NCBI GenBank assembly: GCA_001179505.1
Contig: CDMY01000901.1
Span: 1 to 12,066, forward strand
Direction of reading: 5' to 3'
From: Vitrella brassicaformis CCMP3155
Taxonomy: Eukaryota; Protista; Chromerida
DNA: 12,066 nt
Positions 1 to 9,079 of the stretch are shown in pieces. The notes below the pieces were generated by a model. That model was not told the DNA's origin, did not search any database, and saw only the letters and a list, made by a program, of their open reading frames with translations. Both the position numbers and the translations under genes were made by a program. Position 1 is the stretch's first letter. Each line of letters starts with the position of its first letter.

Positions 1-261
1 TTCAACGCCGGGAGAGAGGGAAAGGTTGGTAGGTAGGCCTTACTTCTCTGAGCGTTGGTTGGAGGGAGTGCGGTGTGAAATGCGAGGGGGGGAATCCTGG
101 TTGGTGGACGTGGTTGGTGCGGGGTTGGTTGGTGGGCAGGTAGATGGACAGACAACATCCGGCCTCACGTTCACACGGGTGAGAAGCCTTATTTATATGA
201 GCTATCCATGTTTTATATAATATGCCGTCTGCAAGTCGACGCGTGCGTGTGCAGAAATGCA

Positions 262-492
262 CCTGCAGTTGGTTCGTATGTGCAATGAATATGTTTATGC
301 TGCGCATGCCTGTAGTTGGCGGGTGTGTGTAATGAATGGTTTTGTCCGCACGCTTGCACTTGTATTGGCTGGTGTGTGCGATGAATGCATTTCTTCGCCT
401 GTACACGCTGGTAGTTGGCGGGTATGTACAATGAATGTCCCTGTGCGCACGCCTGCGCAAGCCTATAGTTGGTTGGCGTGTGCAGTGAAAAA
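262..492. repeat. Degenerate minisatellite, about 5 units of 44-55 bp
   Basis: A recurring core resembling ctg(c/t)agttgg..gt(a/g)tgt(g/a)caatgaat starts at about 262, 309, 353, 408 and 462; units vary in length and sequence. Confidence 0.75.
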
Positions 493-685
493 CCCCCCTC
501 AGATTTCGGAAGAACTACAGTGAAGCGCTGAATCTTCGAAGAAATATCCGCAATGCACATCCAGGCATCCAAGAAAAATAGCGATGGCCAAGGCTGAGAG
601 ACAGACTTAAGGTCAAACTGAAGACTTCGATATAGGCGCTGCCCAATACACACAAGAAAGAAGCGACGAAAGCATAAGCCCGAAG

Positions 686-990
686 CAGCCAAACTTCCAG
701 GGTGGTAAGCCCACAATTTTTTGGTACAGAGGGACGAATGAAAGGGGGAGCACGATACAGCTTACAGCTGCATTTTCCTTCTTGAGATCTAGAGGTGTAG
801 CGATAGGATTTGGCAAGGCACAAAGTCAGCCAAAGATCGAAGGGTATAATCCCAGAACCCAGGCATAGCGGCGCAGGTCCGAAGGCAATGGCACAGCGGC
901 CTAAGTTCGAAGACTGCAAGCCCAGAACCCAATGGTACAGAGGGATAAATGCTAGAGACTATAATATGCCTCTCCTGTCCTTCCGGGGAT
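686..990 (+). pseudogene. Possible decayed coding remnant with an internal repeat (unidentified)
   Basis: QPNFQGGKPTIFWYRGTNER (from 686) aligns with RPKFEDCKPRTQWYRGINAR (from about 897) and partly with QPKIEGYNPRTQ (from 827). tggtacagaggga is exact at 722-734 and 933-945. Stops and a frame change are present. Confidence 0.3.
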
Positions 991-1637
991 TTGGGGGAAG
1001 GGGAGTGGGGAAGGGGAGCGAGGGGTAAGGTGGAGAGGAGGGTAATGAACGAACGAGGTCCTGTGATGACCCTGTAGCCCTGTGGCGTAGCATCCATGGT
1101 CATATATATTCATGTATATATTGAAATATTCCTATATATGCCATATTCACCATCCATTGCTTGATATTCTAGTGCACACGTTGTCCTTACTCAGTGAAAC
1201 ACTTCCATAGGACTGCACCGGGACCATTTCTCGGATTTGTTGAGCCCGCAATTGTATGGGAAGCGAGAATTCGAGATGTCTGGAGGTCTAGTTACTATCG
1301 ATCGAAAGACGCTGCTGCTGCTCAGACGCAGATGGTCCTGTTAAAGGAGAACGAACGAACGAATGCAGATCCATTTTGCCATCAGTAAGAATTCGAAACG
1401 AGAGCGGGGGGATAATGTCGATGACCGTTCTAGTCAGCACGATGCTGCGCCTCAAGTCAGGGACCCCGGGGGAGCGATTCACGCGCAGAGCGAATGGCCT
1501 CACCGCCTCACACAATGTCCCAGGTCCACACGCGGGTCCCCGGTAATTTGTGACCGCTCCGGCTACCAGTGAGCTACAGCAGCAGCAGTTTCACGCAATG
1601 CCCTATGCAGCCCGACGGCCTGGTCCCATGTTAGCAA

Positions 1638-1681
1638 AACACGCAACATGCAACATGGAACATGCAACACGCAACATGCAA
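1638..1681. repeat. 7-bp tandem repeat (AACATGC/AACACGC) x6
   Basis: aacacgc aacatgc aacatgg aacatgc aacacgc aacatgc aa read directly. Confidence 0.9.
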
Positions 1682-2209
1682 GGGGCAGAAGCAGGCAGGC
1701 AGATCTGGAAAGGCGCTGCGGGAGACGGCAACATATAGGTGCCGCTTTGCGATCGACTTCGCTCCTGGATCAGTGGGCGCTCAACGTCGAGCTCTCTGAG
1801 TAGCCTCTGTGCGTCATGCATATGTCTGGCTGTCTTCTCGTACATGTGCAGCCGGTGTTGACAGTGATTTTTCTGACCGTCATAGGGTGGCACGTGCATG
1901 TCGAGTGGGTGGGTGGGATGGGTAGGCAGGCCGTGTGCATGCTTCTATGCATGTGCATGTTGCTAGTTTAGTGTGTGACATGGACAGGATCCCCTCCGGG
2001 GTTACAGACACGAGTCTCGTTAAACACAATAACCAATAACCAACCTCATATGACTCACCTAGCTCTTGGACGCCTGAAGAGACATCATGGCGAGGTTCTT
2101 GCGCTTTGTCCCTGCCAGTCTTCGGGTCTTGGCTCCTGCGGCTACAACAACAGCACAGAGCCTGCTAAGTGGCATCGGATGGCGAAGAAGCGACTATGCC
2201 ACGCCCTGA

Positions 2210-2839
2210 ATGTGTCAACCAACGGCGTTCGTCTCCATACCCCGCGACCAGCTCGCCAGGTGCATGAGGCGGGCCCCTAATGAGTCGGCGGGCGAAGAGG
2301 GGGAAAAAGAGAGAGTTCGACTGCAAGAATGGAGTCAGATGATGCACGAGAAGAAGGGAGAGAAGAGGAGAGATGAGCATACCTCTCAAGCTGTCAAAGA
2401 GCCTCGTGCGCCACGAGAGGGCGTCATCAAGAAGACTACCCAGGTGACGAACCCCAACGACTACACTCTTGGCCGTGCCAAGGGGACAGTGATCAGCAGC
2501 CTCAAGCGGAAGATATTTGTAGATGCCTTGAAAGAATCAAGTCGCCGTAAGTACAACGCCCTGAAGCAGCTGGATCCGACGCATGAGTTCGTGCAACGTA
2601 CCGATAAATTCATGGAGAACAAGTGTCGGACTGCGCAGTGCAGCAAGAATAGTGAAATCACTGACCGCACGAAGAAGGCTGCGATAGCTTTCACAAAAGC
2701 AAGGGCGACCGAAACGTCTGATCTAGAGTCTGCAATGTACGCATACACTGACAGAGAGGCATGATAGGAGAAACACAATCGCAAAAGCACGAGCGCACTC
2801 TACGGCATGAGTGATAGCAGCATGCGACAAACCAGACAC
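2210..2839 (+). pseudogene. Probable N-terminal segment of the interrupted SET-like gene (charged, K/R/E-rich)
   Basis: The 184-aa ORF 2210-2764 has protein-like composition. After a frame change near 2760 and a TGA at 2808, the frame VIAACDKPD joins TKKAHEDVQAV at 4594 once the CRE insert and one TSD are removed. The 5' boundary is unknown. Confidence 0.45.
2831..2839 (+). repeat. Left target-site duplication of the CRE-like insertion (accagacac)
   Basis: The identical 9-mer lies at 4585-4593, where CRE RT similarity ends. Confidence 0.7.
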
Positions 2840-4584
2840 GGTCTAACTGGCTGATCATACATCACCATATACACGACTGGCAGCTCAAACACAACCACAC
2901 ACACTATGCCGCCCAAACACAACTCACAACATCCACACTCCCACGACGCGTCCAAAACACACCGCTCACGGCCGCTCCTGGCATGCAAACGTGCGCGTCT
3001 GTGCCCCGCCCGCTGCGGTGTCTGGGCATCGGCCGTGCGATGCGTGCGGCAGGACACTTGAAAAGCATTCCATCGCATCAACGCCACCGACAAACACTGC
3101 CCCCAGTGATTCATGACACCCTCATGAAAAAACGCCGGATCTTCGGTAGAGCTGGCAGGTGATGGGACACGGCGCCGCGCCAGGCGGCGGAGTAAGGCAA
3201 GCATCTGTGCACCCCAGCAGCCGAACGTCTCCACCACCAAAGGCACGAACGTGTAGCCTTTCTGCCGACAGTTGTTGCCGTATTTGCGGTCCCTGTCGCG
3301 CTCTGCCCCCGCAGCCGCAGTGCCGCCCGGCTGCCGTGCGTGGCTGCGGTTGACTCGGGCGTGGTGAGGGGTGGAGCTCTCGGGCCGACAAAGATGGACC
3401 ACCGTGACATCGCACAGGCCGCCCTCGCTGTCGACAGTAAAGAAGAGGTCCATGCGCTGAATGTTGGGCTCGGCGTTGGACGGGACGATGTCGAGAGAGC
3501 GCAAGTGCACTTTCGTAGCAGCCGGAATGCCCACCTCCACAAAGATAGCGTTGAATACATCGAGCAGAGTGTTGTGCTTGAACATACGCTCCGCCGTCGC
3601 GCGGCTGTAGAGGAAAAAGTGGTCTTCGAGGGCGTCGATGGCCACGCCGCAAGGGCAAGAGGACGCCAGGTTGGCGAGGGGGAAGGTGAGGCCGAAGGTG
3701 AGAGCGGTCGCGAGGCGGTAGGCGTAGTTGTTCAGGCACTTGCGCTTGTCACCTCGGGTGTAGGCGGGGATAGCTGATAGCCAGCCCGACGACAGAGGCC
3801 CCAGGCAGGTGAGAAGGCGGCATCGGTCACGACTGCCAGCCGGAAAGGACTCGAACAGGGTGTTGAAATCCTTCTCTGCGAGGGCCTTCGAGAGCTTCTG
3901 CTGCAGTCGGGCTTGCGGGCGGATGATGAGCTGCTGGATGTGAGGGATGGCGACATAGGGGAGAGATGCAGAGAAGCCGGTGCGGGCGGATGCTGCCGGG
4001 ACGAGCCATTCCAGCTGGAGAAGAGAGGCTTCTGACTCGGGCATCCAGGGTTGCCCATGAAAATGGTCCCACACATCCCCCACAGTGACAGCTACCAATC
4101 CCAGATAAGCAGCCGGTGCGATGCGGGCAGACGACATCAGCCCGAAGTCCCCCAGCCGAATAGAGAGCTGCACCTGCCGGTCTGCCGGACTAGACAAGGC
4201 GCCCGTGCGGTGGATTCGGGTGAAGGCCGTGATCTTCGCAGCATCGTGTACACGGGCGGCTGCCAAGAGGGAAGACGAGGGGGCAAGAAGGCGACACCAG
4301 TAGATAAAGTGCGGAGACCCGCAATAGCGAAGCAGCGGGTTCGCCCCCTGCACCGCGTGGTCCCAATCGTCAACAGCAAAGGCCACCACGGCGTCGAGGA
4401 GGCGCTGGTGGCTGGCGACGACCTCGTTGATGGTGCGCTCGACGAAAGCCGGAGTGCCGATGGGGGCGGAGAGGAGGATAATCCTTCGGTGGACGCGCGC
4501 ACACCTCGACTAATGATGGCGGTCGGCAGGTCGACGGGTGAGCGCCAATGCGAGGACCAAGCATGGCACTTGTCGAGCCGCAGC
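2840..4584 (-). mobile_element. 5'-truncated CRE-like non-LTR retrotransposon (RT C-terminus plus restriction-like endonuclease), decayed
   Basis: Motifs in order: LRLDKCHAWS, (frameshift about 4482) ILLSAPIGTPAFVE, LSIRLGDFGL, SGWLSAIP, YRLATALTFGL, degenerate zinc knuckle CPCG..DHFFLY, KHN, RMDL..CDVTV (PD-D/ExK-like), RDRKY, PLVVETFGCWG, LSVALMRWNA. This matches the known CRE-clade RT-RLE layout. Flanked by a 9-bp TSD. Confidence 0.88.
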
Positions 4585-4593
4585 ACCAGACAC
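4585..4593 (+). repeat. Right target-site duplication of the CRE-like insertion (accagacac)
   Basis: Identical to 2831-2839. Confidence 0.7.
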
Positions 4594-4986
4594 AAAGAAG
4601 GCTCATGAAGACGTCCAGGCAGTCGCATCTGACAATGCCGGGGGTGCAAGGCAAGACTATCACCAGTACGTCGCTGTATGGAAGACTGCAACTAGCTTCC
4701 TAACGACGTCGGGGCATTCAAGCTCCTCAAAGAATACCCAGCATATTACGAACGGGCTGTCAAGGACCTCAGGGAGTAACACCTTCAGGTCATTGACTCG
4801 AACATCCCCAAGGCTGGCCGAGGCCTTATATCTCTTTTACCACTACGCGCATGTGACTCATTTCGAGGCATTAAAAGAGTTCTTCTGCCTGGCAACTTGA
4901 GCAGCTGGGTTATGCATGAGAAATGTCTTGAGTATCTGAAACGGGACCACAAGGAGCGATGGGGCCAGCCGACGACGTCGTACACG
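4594..4986 (+). pseudogene. Middle segment of the SET-like pseudogene, containing the SET N-terminal half
   Basis: TKKAHEDV...TATSF, a frameshift at about 4699, then PNDVGAFKLLKEYPAYYERAVKDLRE*(4777)HLQVIDSNIPKAGRGLISLLPLR...RWGQPTTSYT. SNIPKAGRGL matches the SET SxIPxAGxGL motif. This frame is absent from the supplied ORF track. Confidence 0.7.
4979..4986 (+). repeat. Left target-site duplication of the RTE-X-like LINE (cgtacacg)
   Basis: Identical to 6569-6576; removing the insert restores the reading frame. Confidence 0.9.
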
Positions 4987-6568
4987 GTTCGGTTCGGTAG
5001 TTAGTTAACGGACACCGAAGTCCTGGCCCCCGAGGGCAGATGCTGTGTCCAACCAAGCGTCTGTCAGATAGAGGAAACTAATGAAGGTGAGAGATGCAAA
5101 GAAAGCCATCGCTTGCGAGAAGCCACGGCCATCAAGAGAAACTGAGCCAACGCAGGTTGCACAGGGAGAGAGCGCGAAGTGAGCAATGACCATGCAAACA
5201 CCAAGGGATCACAATGGGTGAGATCCCACCAGAAAATAGACAACACCATCCGGTGCAGTCAAGCCATACATGCGAACAACACGAAAAACTTCCCTCCGCG
5301 GAAGACGATAGAGTGGGCAATAGAAAAGCACATGCAACTCATCCTCAACCGGCGGCACAAGCCATGGCATGGGCCAGCTGGCGGGAGAGCAAGTAGCAGC
5401 GCAGAATGGGCAGAAACACAATAGACGAGGCCGATCACTCAGCCGGCCATCAGTGACAGCACAAGTATAGGTGCCCATGCGAAATGAGAACAGCACACGC
5501 CGCTCAGCAGAGGGAAGAGAAAAATAGCATGGGAGAGTGGACAGGGGGTGATAAGACGATGAAGCCAATCCTGGCCTGATTCGAGGATAAAATCACGGAG
5601 GAAGGCAGGCACATATGCGGGCATAGAAACAAGGCAACTACGATCAAGGTAGCACTGCTGTGTATGAGAGGCAAAAACGCGACGAGCCACCGGGAATGTG
5701 TGAGGGAAGTGATGATTGAAAAATGCTGAGGCAGTGAAGAGGCATTGCCGTGCAAGTAAGAGGACACGACTGCGAGCAGTAGTCCTAGTGTACCCCGCCA
5801 TGGCAACAGACACAGAGGCAGTGGAGCAAGGGAGAGAGGTGAAGGAAGAGAAGGCGCATCACGCAAAATTGCATGGTTGATGTGAATGGACGTGTCCCAT
5901 TGTATAGCAAGTGTGTCAGAGTAGTACGCCTTTGTAAGGCCGACGTAAAGATCACGCAACACAGCGTCACCGATGGGACCCACATTTGAAATAAGAGTGC
6001 GATGACCAGCATAGCTAAGCAAGGCTGCAAAGCGAGTATACATGTTGTGATGCTGTCGGTACACGTACGTGTGATCTGGCTGCATATTCCTGAACTGGTT
6101 GGTCGATGTGTATGCTGCCTGGGCCTCCAAAAGGGCCTTTTGTGCCAAAGGCCTACAACGGCCATTCCACATACGACACAAAAACCCAAGCTGCCTGCGA
6201 CGCGTTTCGTACGTGACAGAGAAGCGGCCGGCCTCACTCAACAAAGCAACATTGCTGACACGAGACGACGCATGCATGGCACGGAGCAAGAAACGACGAT
6301 GCAGCTTGTGTAACTCCCGGCATGGCATGCCCGGCCAAAACTCGCAGCCATACAGATAGACAGACGACACAGTCGCATCATAGACAAGGAAGAGGGTAGA
6401 GGGGTCGAGACGAGGTAGGTGTTGGAGGTGATGAAGGGAGATGCGCAGTGCAGTCGGTCCCTTACCATTCATCACCTGCAAATGATACTCCCAACCTATC
6501 GTCTCATGGAACCACACACCTAAGTACCGAAATTGAGTGCTGCGAGGGAGAATAGTAGTGGGCGAGCG
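4987..6568 (-). mobile_element. 5'-truncated RTE-X-like LINE (RT thumb plus C-terminal CCHC), decayed
   Basis: FRYLG (6518-6532), VYDATVSSVYLYGCEFW, RRFLLRAM..SNVALLSEAGR, then after one or two frameshifts RRVLFSFRMG..DGR..PRLLCFCPFC..VEDELHVLFYCPLY (about 5310-5350). There is a short-repeat 3' tail at 4987-5008 and an 8-bp TSD. The clade is inferred from the EDExH..CPxY knuckle and the repeat tail. Confidence 0.85.
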
Positions 6569-6576
6569 CGTACACG
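6569..6576 (+). repeat. Right target-site duplication of the RTE-X-like LINE (cgtacacg)
   Basis: Identical to 4979-4986. Confidence 0.9.
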
Positions 6577-7131
6577 TTCTATGCGTTTGTGATGATCGAG
6601 GAGGGGACGGATTCAAGAGCTCAACATGGTGCGTTCCTATATACGAGCCCAGAGATCGAACCATTATGTCTAATCAACGTCGCTCCTCCAGGAGCAGTCG
6701 CCAGTGTGGCCATTGATACTACAGAACAACCGGGTGGTCACCGAAACGACGATATGTGGGTACCGGACGACAAACGTTTTGACGCCTTTCGGGAAGCTTT
6801 CTGTAAGGACGATCCTTTTCATTCGGAGGTCACGTTTATGGTGCCAAAGGACCATGCGGGTACGATAGCGCCAGGGACTGAGCTTTTGACGGATACGTAC
6901 AAGCTGGATAAACTCTGGAGCATGCAAATTGGTCCGAACTTTGAGTGATTGTAGTGGTTTTTACAGAACACTACTCTCGGAGGGCATAGTGAGTGAACGA
7001 ACATGGATGTGCTTTATGTCGGTGAACTTGTTACTTGACTCATCGTATAAGTATGATATTTCAATGGGAGGCCTTTATCTTCTTTAAGCCCATCAGACAT
7101 CCAGTGCATTGGCGCGTGGTGTGAGCTGGTA
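6577..7131 (+). pseudogene. C-terminal half of the divergent SET (PR-like) domain plus a stop-riddled downstream extension
   Basis: FYAFVMIEEG...EPLCLINVAPPG...GTIAPGTELLTDTYKLDKLW, open to TGA 6946. LINVA and IAPGTELLTDTY align with the SET (R)FINHS and IxPGEELxxDY motifs. Further in-frame stops lie at 6952, 6994, 7036, 7048 and 7054; the extension past 6948 is less certain. Confidence 0.7.
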
Positions 7132-7890
7132 TGTGAGTGGCGGCCGGCGGCACTGGGTGGTGCGCTCGGCTGTGCGGTGGATGGGGCTGGCATGCTTATC
7201 GCTGATTGACTGATTTGTCTATGTACGAATTCATGATGGACTGATGGACACATTTTGCCATTGCGCTATACGTTAACGTCTTGCGTTGATCAGGCTTCAT
7301 CCGATCTCCCTCCCCTACGCACGGCTCTCTCCCAGACAAGCATGTCCGTGTGTCATGAGTCGTCTCAATGCGTCGATCGTTCTCGACTGGTGGCGTCACC
7401 ACTTCACGCGAGGATTCTCAGACCTTGCAGCCATCCAATCGTGTGTGCACCTCTCTGTGCTGCCTCTCTTAAGAGCATGCACGTGTGTGTGCTCCTCCTC
7501 TCTCCCCTGTACCGGTGTGAGTGAGCGATCGCGTCTATGTCGGACAGCATTCCGCTGGTCGTCTCGTGGCGTCTCGTGCCGACGATTTCGATCACGACGC
7601 ACACCACCACCGTGTCCCTTGTTGTACTTGTTGTTCTTGCCCTTGTTATTGTCCTTGATGACACGCACCTTCTCCTTGCGCTCGACCTCATCGAGGTGGC
7701 TCTTGAGTAGCTCTGCGGCGCGCTTCATGCGGTGGCTGCTTGGGAAGAGGGTGATGCTGTACATCTTCTTGTCGTGCGTCAGCCGCTTGCAGTCCCAGTG
7801 GAGGTGGCCGTCGTTGAGGCAGTACTTGCAGTTGATGGATTCACCACCATCGGCCGCCCCTGCACCCTCGTCGACGTCCATTGGCGCAAC
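7002..7890. repeat. Copy A of an 889-bp direct duplication flanking the gap
   Basis: Offset 1189 from 8191-9079; 11 mismatches in 7002-7131 and none found in 7132-7890. Confidence 0.95.
7396..7890 (-). pseudogene. gag: Duplicate 3' part of gag (CCHC knuckle at 7789-7830), cut by the gap
   Basis: Identical to 8585-9079; may be an assembly duplicate rather than a second copy. Confidence 0.6.
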
Positions 7891-8190
7891 NNNNNNNNNN
7901 NNNNNNNNNNNNNNNNNNNNNNNNNNNNNNNNNNNNNNNNNNNNNNNNNNNNNNNNNNNNNNNNNNNNNNNNNNNNNNNNNNNNNNNNNNNNNNNNNNNN
8001 NNNNNNNNNNNNNNNNNNNNNNNNNNNNNNNNNNNNNNNNNNNNNNNNNNNNNNNNNNNNNNNNNNNNNNNNNNNNNNNNNNNNNNNNNNNNNNNNNNNN
8101 NNNNNNNNNNNNNNNNNNNNNNNNNNNNNNNNNNNNNNNNNNNNNNNNNNNNNNNNNNNNNNNNNNNNNNNNNNNNNNNNNNNNNNNNNN
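7891..8190. other. Assembly gap (300 N)
   Basis: Run of N. Confidence 1.
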
Positions 8191-9079
8191 AATGGATATG
8201 GTTTATGTCGGTGAACTTGTTGCTCGACTCATGGTACAAGTATGATATTTCAATAGGAGGCCTTTATCTTCTTAAAGCCCATCAGACATCCAGTGCATTG
8301 GCGCGTGGTGTGAGCTGATGTGTGAGTGGCGGCCGGCGGCACTGGGTGGTGCGCTCGGCTGTGCGGTGGATGGGGCTGGCATGCTTATCGCTGATTGACT
8401 GATTTGTCTATGTACGAATTCATGATGGACTGATGGACACATTTTGCCATTGCGCTATACGTTAACGTCTTGCGTTGATCAGGCTTCATCCGATCTCCCT
8501 CCCCTACGCACGGCTCTCTCCCAGACAAGCATGTCCGTGTGTCATGAGTCGTCTCAATGCGTCGATCGTTCTCGACTGGTGGCGTCACCACTTCACGCGA
8601 GGATTCTCAGACCTTGCAGCCATCCAATCGTGTGTGCACCTCTCTGTGCTGCCTCTCTTAAGAGCATGCACGTGTGTGTGCTCCTCCTCTCTCCCCTGTA
8701 CCGGTGTGAGTGAGCGATCGCGTCTATGTCGGACAGCATTCCGCTGGTCGTCTCGTGGCGTCTCGTGCCGACGATTTCGATCACGACGCACACCACCACC
8801 GTGTCCCTTGTTGTACTTGTTGTTCTTGCCCTTGTTATTGTCCTTGATGACACGCACCTTCTCCTTGCGCTCGACCTCATCGAGGTGGCTCTTGAGTAGC
8901 TCTGCGGCGCGCTTCATGCGGTGGCTGCTTGGGAAGAGGGTGATGCTGTACATCTTCTTGTCGTGCGTCAGCCGCTTGCAGTCCCAGTGGAGGTGGCCGT
9001 CGTTGAGGCAGTACTTGCAGTTGATGGATTCACCACCATCGGCCGCCCCTGCACCCTCGTCGACGTCCATTGGCGCAAC
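8191..9079. repeat. Copy B of the 889-bp direct duplication
   Basis: 8321-9079 is identical to 7132-7890; 8191-8320 differs from copy A at 11 of 130 positions. Confidence 0.95.

Noticed and set aside
262-492. CRISPR array
   Set aside because: The repeats are too degenerate, the linkers are short and uneven, there are no cas genes, and the context is eukaryotic.
1194-2209. Upstream exons or extension of the SET-like gene (ORF 1194-1388; stop-rich frame 1982-2209)
   Set aside because: Protein-like in places, but there are no motifs, many stops and no verifiable splice structure.
2800-3000. C-terminal ~65 aa of the 529-aa minus ORF as real protein
   Set aside because: It lies past the last endonuclease motif, runs through GT-rich UTR-like DNA and crosses the TSD into flanking sequence.
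3111-4691. Overlapping ORFs such as 3340-3777(+), 4051-4608(+) and 3122-3739(-) as separate genes
   Set aside because: They are shadow frames of the GC-rich CRE ORF with no motifs. Only the LRLDKCHAWS..TEG part of 4137-4691 is real (CRE frame before the frameshift).
7286-8318. Long ORFs spanning the N run
   Set aside because: Artefacts of translating through the gap.
8385-8420. SYIDKSVNQR as a Copia protease active site
   Set aside because: It lacks the D-S/T-G signature, is out of frame with gag and is followed by a stop.
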